The position numbers were made by a program, and so were the translations under genes. From contig OY970359.1 in NCBI GenBank assembly GCA_963718665.1, forward strand, positions 1,120,001-1,184,000: DNA of 64,000 nt, read 5' to 3'. The stretch's first letter is position 1; the number at the start of each line of letters is the position of its first letter. This DNA is from an uncultured Phycisphaerales bacterium (GTDB lineage Bacteria; Planctomycetota; Phycisphaerae; Sedimentisphaerales; Anaerobacaceae). The notes beneath the pieces were generated by a model. The model was not told the DNA's origin. It made no database searches and was given only the letters and a program-made list of their open reading frames with translations. This document shows positions 59,094 through 64,000 of this stretch, one piece after another.

Positions 59094-59210
59094 CCGGACG
59101 AGACGGTTTAGCGGAGACACATCCAAATTGGTTGACTTTGACCGCAGCCAGTGATTTAATAGCTATATCCAAGTGATAAACCACGAGCGACGATAAAACG
59201 GGGTTATCGT

Positions 59211-60605
59211 ATGCCATACAATGTTCGTATAGTCAGCACATATCCGCCGAGGCGATGCGGGATAGCGACGTTTTCAAAAAACCTCGCTAATGCCTTGTCT
59301 AATTTTACCGGCGAGGTGGGTCATATAAGGGTCGCTGCAATAGATAACGGCAATGGGCCTTATAATATCCCGGTTGACCTTGTTATCGACCAGTATAATC
59401 CGCAGTCATGGACGGATACCGCCAAACACATAATCAAAAGGGCGCAGGAAGGCAGCAACCCCACCATAGTTTTGCTTCAGCATGAGTATGGCCTTGACCC
59501 GGACAAAGCCGGCAACGACGGGCAGGGAACAAATTATATTGAAATGGCCAAAGCGTTTACCGCAGCAAAGCTTACTACGGTTGTGTATTTGCATACGGTT
59601 CTGGATAACCCCGACGAGCATCAAAAGGCCGTCGTGCAAAACCTTGCGAAGGTTTGCGACGGTTTGATTGTTACCACCGAAAGCGCGATTGAAATACTCG
59701 AATCGGATACATACGGCATAGAGCAGGACAAAATCAAGCACATCGACCACGGGATACGAATGCACCACCCGTCGCATTACGACCGGCTGGAAATAAAGAG
59801 TGAATTAGGTCTCGAGCACCAGTTTCTCGTTACGACGCTCGGTTTGTTGTCGCCAGACAAGGGGCTTGAATACGGCATACGCGGGTTCGGCAGATTTTTA
59901 GAGGAGTCCTGCACTGATGAGCAGCGAAGAGGCATACTTTACCTTATCGCGGGCGAATGTCATCCGGATTTTGTGAGAGCCGACGGCGGCGAGCCATACA
60001 GGCGTTTTCAGGCGTCTCTGGCGGTCGCGCTGGAGCAGGCGAAGGTCAGGTGGTGCAAAGTCAAAGACCTGCGAGGAACGAACCTGGAAGATTACGACGT
60101 TGTGTTTCTCGATACTTATCTTGACGAGGGAACGCTGCTGAAAATGTATGGCGCGACCAACGTGATGGTATTGCCTTATCTGAATATGCAGCAGATATCA
60201 AGCGGCGTGCTTGCCGATACGCTTGGTTCGGGCAGAGCGGCGATTGCGACAAAATTCAGGTATGCCCGCGAGCTGATTTACTCAAACAAGCGATGCCCCG
60301 AAGGTCTTGTGATGGGCCGTTACGCTCGTGGTATCTTAGTTGACCCGGCGGAGCCGTCGGTCGAGCAGATTGCAGCCGGGCTGGATTACATTGTATTTAA
60401 TAAACAGCGCCGGCTGTTTATGGAAAAACAGGCGCACCAGCGCGGCTACCAGATGAGCTGGAACAACACCGCATGGGCACTGCTGCAATATATCGATTTC
60501 CTGCGGGAGGAACATGAGATTGTCACGGGCCGCGGGATAACGTTTTCACGGCAAAGGCCGTCGAAGTATGAACACATCAAACGTGCTTCCAGCGATGATA
60601 AATAA
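59211..60605 (+). CDS. GT4-family glycosyltransferase
   Basis: STYPPRRCGIATF, LQHEYG, LHTVL, I.HG, GLLSPDKGLEY, PY...QISSGVL. Confidence 0.85.
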   Translation: MPYNVRIVSTYPPRRCGIATFSKNLANALSNFTGEVGHIRVAAIDNGNGPYNIPVDLVIDQYNPQSWTDTAKHIIKRAQEGSNPTIVLLQHEYGLDPDKAGNDGQGTNYIEMAKAFTAAKLTTVVYLHTVLDNPDEHQKAVVQNLAKVCDGLIVTTESAIEILESDTYGIEQDKIKHIDHGIRMHHPSHYDRLEIKSELGLEHQFLVTTLGLLSPDKGLEYGIRGFGRFLEESCTDEQRRGILYLIAGECHPDFVRADGGEPYRRFQASLAVALEQAKVRWCKVKDLRGTNLEDYDVVFLDTYLDEGTLLKMYGATNVMVLPYLNMQQISSGVLADTLGSGRAAIATKFRYARELIYSNKRCPEGLVMGRYARGILVDPAEPSVEQIAAGLDYIVFNKQRRLFMEKQAHQRGYQMSWNNTAWALLQYIDFLREEHEIVTGRGITFSRQRPSKYEHIKRASSDDK

Positions 60606-60620
60606 CAGCTTGTGGGGACA

Positions 60621-61280
60621 TTATAAAGCAACTTTTGCCTTGCCCACACGCAAGGCCGCGCCATAGAGCAAGGCCATCACAATCATAACCGCAGCTATGC
60701 CGTAGATTATCGATATTGTTCCCATCAGTGCGATGAGGTAATAGCCGGCGGCGAAGGTACCTGCGATGCTGCCAGCCGCGCCCCAGGCGTAGATGTCGCC
60801 CACGGTCCTGCCCGTGGGAAGCCCCCTTTCGAGCGCCATTTTAGCTACCACCGGACTGATTGTGCCCAGAAGCGCCGAGGGCAGCAGGAATACAACTGCG
60901 ACGTGCAGCAGTATTCTTGTCGGCCAATTAAACTGCCAAAGCCATGTCCACCCGCCCACGAGGTTGTTTAATACGATGGTGGCAATACAGGCGAAGGCGC
61001 AAATCGCGAAAAGTATGGATAGCACTTTGATGGGTTTGAATCGGTCGGCGAGTCGTCCGCCCGTATAGTTACCGATGGTGATGCCTGCCAGGACGACGCC
61101 TATGACGCTGGTCCATGTGTAAAGCGACGAGCCGAGGAACCGTGCGATTATTCGGCCCGCGACAAGCTCAATAACCATAATGCAGAAACTCGATATGAAT
61201 ACCGTCGCACAGGGGATAAACAGTGCTTTCAGGGCTGAAGAGCTTGCTTTATTAACTTCGCTCATTGATAAACCTTTCAA
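60621..61280 (-). CDS. Membrane protein resembling the N-terminal module of fused MFS/spermidine synthases
   Basis: MVIELVAGR...GSSLYTWTSVIGVVLAG...GG.LADR...GR.VG.IYA.G..GSIAGTF; no SAM-binding domain follows. Confidence 0.75.
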   Translation of the reverse strand: MKGLSMSEVNKASSSALKALFIPCATVFISSFCIMVIELVAGRIIARFLGSSLYTWTSVIGVVLAGITIGNYTGGRLADRFKPIKVLSILFAICAFACIATIVLNNLVGGWTWLWQFNWPTRILLHVAVVFLLPSALLGTISPVVAKMALERGLPTGRTVGDIYAWGAAGSIAGTFAAGYYLIALMGTISIIYGIAAVMIVMALLYGAALRVGKAKVAL

Positions 61281-61400
61281 AACCTGGGTTTCATATCTTA
61301 TCTAAAAAAGTAATCATACATTATTTGATTGTTTTTGGGAATCAATAATCATCCGGCAGGATTGCATATCTCGGCCTAATGTGTTATAAGCACGAGAATT

Positions 61401-62556
61401 ATGGAAGTTGCGCAATTAAAAAGCAAAATAGCGGAGTTGAAGGCCCGGGTGGAAAATATCCGGGACTGGCTTTGACCTGGCTGGGAAAAGAGCGGAGTTT
61501 GCGCAACTACAGGAGAAAATGAGCAGCCCCGGCTTCTGGGACAATCAGGAAGTGGCGCAGGGGGTTGTTTCCGGGCTAAGCGCATTGAAAGCCATAATTG
61601 AGCCGGTAGAGGAAATCAGCAGGGAATCACATGATTTGACGGAACTTTTTGAATTGGCCGCTGAATCAGACCCCGATGAGCTTGCAGAACTGGAAGATGA
61701 CTTGGCGGCGATTGCAAAACGCTGTGAGCAGATAGAATTAACGGGTTTGCTCAGCGGGCCGAACGATACGAAGAATTGCTTTTTCAGTATTCACGCAGGC
61801 GCGGGCGGAACCGAAAGCTGCGACTGGGTGAGTATGCTCTTGAGGATGTACACCCGCTACTTCGACGCCAACAAATACCAGTATAGCGAGCTTGATATTA
61901 CCCCCGGCGAAGAGGCGGGGATTCGCTCGATAACGCTCCAGGTAAAGGGGCCTTTCGCGTACGGGAAATTGTCTTGCGAGGTGGGCGTGCATCGGCTTGT
62001 CCGGATAAGCCCTTTTGACGCCAATAAACGCAGGCATACCAGTTTCGCGGCTGTTGATTGTATTCCTGAATTTGATGAGGACGTGAATATAGAGATAAAG
62101 GAAGACGACCTGAAGATTGACTATTACCGCGCGGGCGGCGCGGGCGGTCAGCACGTCAACAAGACAAGCTCGGCGGTCCGGATGCTGCACAAACCAACGG
62201 GTATTGTTGTTCAGTGCCAGAACGAGCGGAGCCAGCATAAAAACCGTGCCTCGGCTATGAAGGTGCTCAAGGCAAGGTTGTATATGATTGAGCAGCAAAA
62301 ACGCGACGCCAAGATTGCAAAGCAATACGGCGCAAAGGGCGAGATTGCCTGGGGTAACCAGATTCGCAGCTATGTTTTGCAGCCATACCAATTGGTAAAA
62401 GACCATCGCACCGACTGTGAGACAGGAAAAGTTGACGCGGTGCTCGACGGCGATATCGAGGAATTTATTGAGGTGTATCTGCATCATCGAGCTAAAGGCA
62501 AACCAAACGCAAGGGCATCAAAATCAAAGGTGAAAAAAAATGAAGAGAATAATTGA
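61401..62556 (+). CDS. prfB: Peptide chain release factor 2 with programmed +1 frameshift
   Basis: ATG 61401 MEVAQLKSKIAELKARVENIRDWL, CTT TGA C at 61470-61476, then DLAGKR...; SPF and GGQ motifs. Confidence 0.96.
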
Positions 62557-64000
62557 AGTTGAATTGAAAACCAGGTCGGCGGCATTGGCCGAATGCAAAA
62601 CTCAGATGCTTGTTTTGGGTCATTTTTCAGACGCGAAACAATTAGACGCGACAAACCGAGAGATTGACAAGCGATTGAATGGCGCGATTGAGCGGGTGAT
62701 AAAGCTCGGCGATTTCAAAGGTAAAGACAGCACAAGCACGGTGGTTTATGGCAACGGCCAAACAGGAGCAGAGCGTGTGCTTGTGGTTGGTTTGGGCGAG
62801 CAGAAACAGGCGACAATCGACACTGCCCGAAAAGCCGCGTCGATAGCGGCCAATAAAGCAGTTGGAATGAAGGTGAATACAATGGCAATCGCGCTTCACC
62901 GGGCGTTCGGCGAAAAATTCGATACGGGGCTTTTGGCACAGGCGATGGCTGAGGGGATATATTACGGGAGTTTCCGTTACGATGAATATATTACGTCTGA
63001 TGAAGACGGCAGGACAGATTTGCTAACTGTTGAGTTGGTTGACGACAATGCGGCGAAGACGAAACGGCTTGAGGAGGGGTTATTAAAAGGAGCTATTATC
63101 GGTAAGGCCCAGAGTTACGCACGAACGCTTGCGAACAGGCCCGGCAACGTGATAAATCCACTATCGCTTGCGACGGAGGCGAAAAAGCTCGCAAGAAACA
63201 CAAAAGGGCTAAGCTGCACTGTGCTCGACGAAAAGAAATTGGCTAAATTGGGTATGGGCGGGATTCTGGCGGTAGGCAGCGGGTCGAAAACGCCGCCGAG
63301 ATTGATAGTCGTGAAATACGCTCCGAAAGGCAAGGCGGGGAAATTGCCGACGGTCGCTTTTGTCGGCAAGGCGATAACGTTTGATTCGGGCGGGATAAGC
63401 ATAAAGCCAGCACAGAATATGGAGCAGATGAAGCTCGACAAGACGGGCGGCATCGCGGTGCTGGCTGCGGCAAAGGCGGCTGCGGAATTGAAACTGCCCG
63501 TGAACCTGATGGCGATAGTGCCGTCAGCGGAAAATATGCCCAGCGGTACAAGCTACAGACCAGGAGATATTGTTACGACATACTCAGGCAAAACGGTTGA
63601 GATTCAAAACACCGACGCCGAGGGAAGAATGATACTTTGCGACGCGCTGCATTACGCCGTAAAACAAAACTGCGACGTGATTATAGACGTTGCCACGCTG
63701 ACCGGCGCCTGTGTCGTTGCGCTGGGGACATTTATGGCGGGGCTGATGGGCAATGATGAGCAATTGAACAAAGACATCGATGAGGCGGCGAAGACCAGCG
63801 GCGAAAAGGTATGGCAGCTTCCCTGCGGGGACGAGTACGCAGAGGAAATGAAAAGCAAAATAGCGGACCTTAAAAACAGCGGAGGCAGATGGGGCGGCGC
63901 GTGTACCGCGGCGGCGTTTTTGAGGCAGTTCGTCGGCGACAAAAAATGGGCGCACTTAGACATCGCAGGCGTAGATTGCTTTGAAAAGCCGACGGCATCA
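62540..64000 (+). CDS. pepA: Leucyl aminopeptidase (M17), 3' end beyond window
   Basis: Hand translation in one frame: VGKAITFDSGGISIKP, MKLDK.GG, ENMPSG, NTDAEGR, DVATLTGA, WAHLDIAG. Confidence 0.93.
   Translation, partial: MKRIIEVELKTRSAALAECKTQMLVLGHFSDAKQLDATNREIDKRLNGAIERVIKLGDFKGKDSTSTVVYGNGQTGAERVLVVGLGEQKQATIDTARKAASIAANKAVGMKVNTMAIALHRAFGEKFDTGLLAQAMAEGIYYGSFRYDEYITSDEDGRTDLLTVELVDDNAAKTKRLEEGLLKGAIIGKAQSYARTLANRPGNVINPLSLATEAKKLARNTKGLSCTVLDEKKLAKLGMGGILAVGSGSKTPPRLIVVKYAPKGKAGKLPTVAFVGKAITFDSGGISIKPAQNMEQMKLDKTGGIAVLAAAKAAAELKLPVNLMAIVPSAENMPSGTSYRPGDIVTTYSGKTVEIQNTDAEGRMILCDALHYAVKQNCDVIIDVATLTGACVVALGTFMAGLMGNDEQLNKDIDEAAKTSGEKVWQLPCGDEYAEEMKSKIADLKNSGGRWGGACTAAAFLRQFVGDKKWAHLDIAGVDCFEKPTAS

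Noticed and set aside
61738..62487. Long antisense ORFs over housekeeping genes (also 13119-13832, 11848-12534, 35182-35790)
   Set aside because: Shadow ORFs of well-supported genes on the opposite strand, with no recognisable motifs.

Overview
This is a bacterial chromosomal window with a core of housekeeping genes (metB-like, ABC-F, pyrK, purM/purF, nagB, comM/yifB, iscS/thiF/mnmA, tsaB, topA, prfB, pepA). Lineage is inferred to be Planctomycetota, probably Phycisphaerae/Sedimentisphaerales-like, from the membrane-anchored ECF sigma factor, the amidase-like protein and the EPN/DAN-rich exported proteins. Accessory DNA includes: (i) a complete 2,752-bp IS1595-family element with passenger genes (26-bp TIRs, 8-bp TSD); (ii) three AT-rich defence-like cassettes (5.5-7.3 kb, 27.3-31.1 kb, 52.5-55.5 kb), each bordered by short degenerate repeats; (iii) two paralogous free-standing HNH-AP2 genes, each preceded by the same 142-bp non-coding block and each directly downstream of a restriction-modification-like cassette, which is the best candidate for an undescribed system; (iv) dispersed heptamer and REP-like repeats, several in frame inside genes; (v) a USP/H+-ATPase/PPK2 cluster and a carbamoyltransferase-SxtJ-SxtK-SGNH/TPR cluster. 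Four genes carry single-base frameshifts in short G/C runs, probably assembly errors. prfB carries the genuine programmed +1 frameshift. No rRNA, tRNA or CRISPR array was recognised. All calls are by eye, without database searches.
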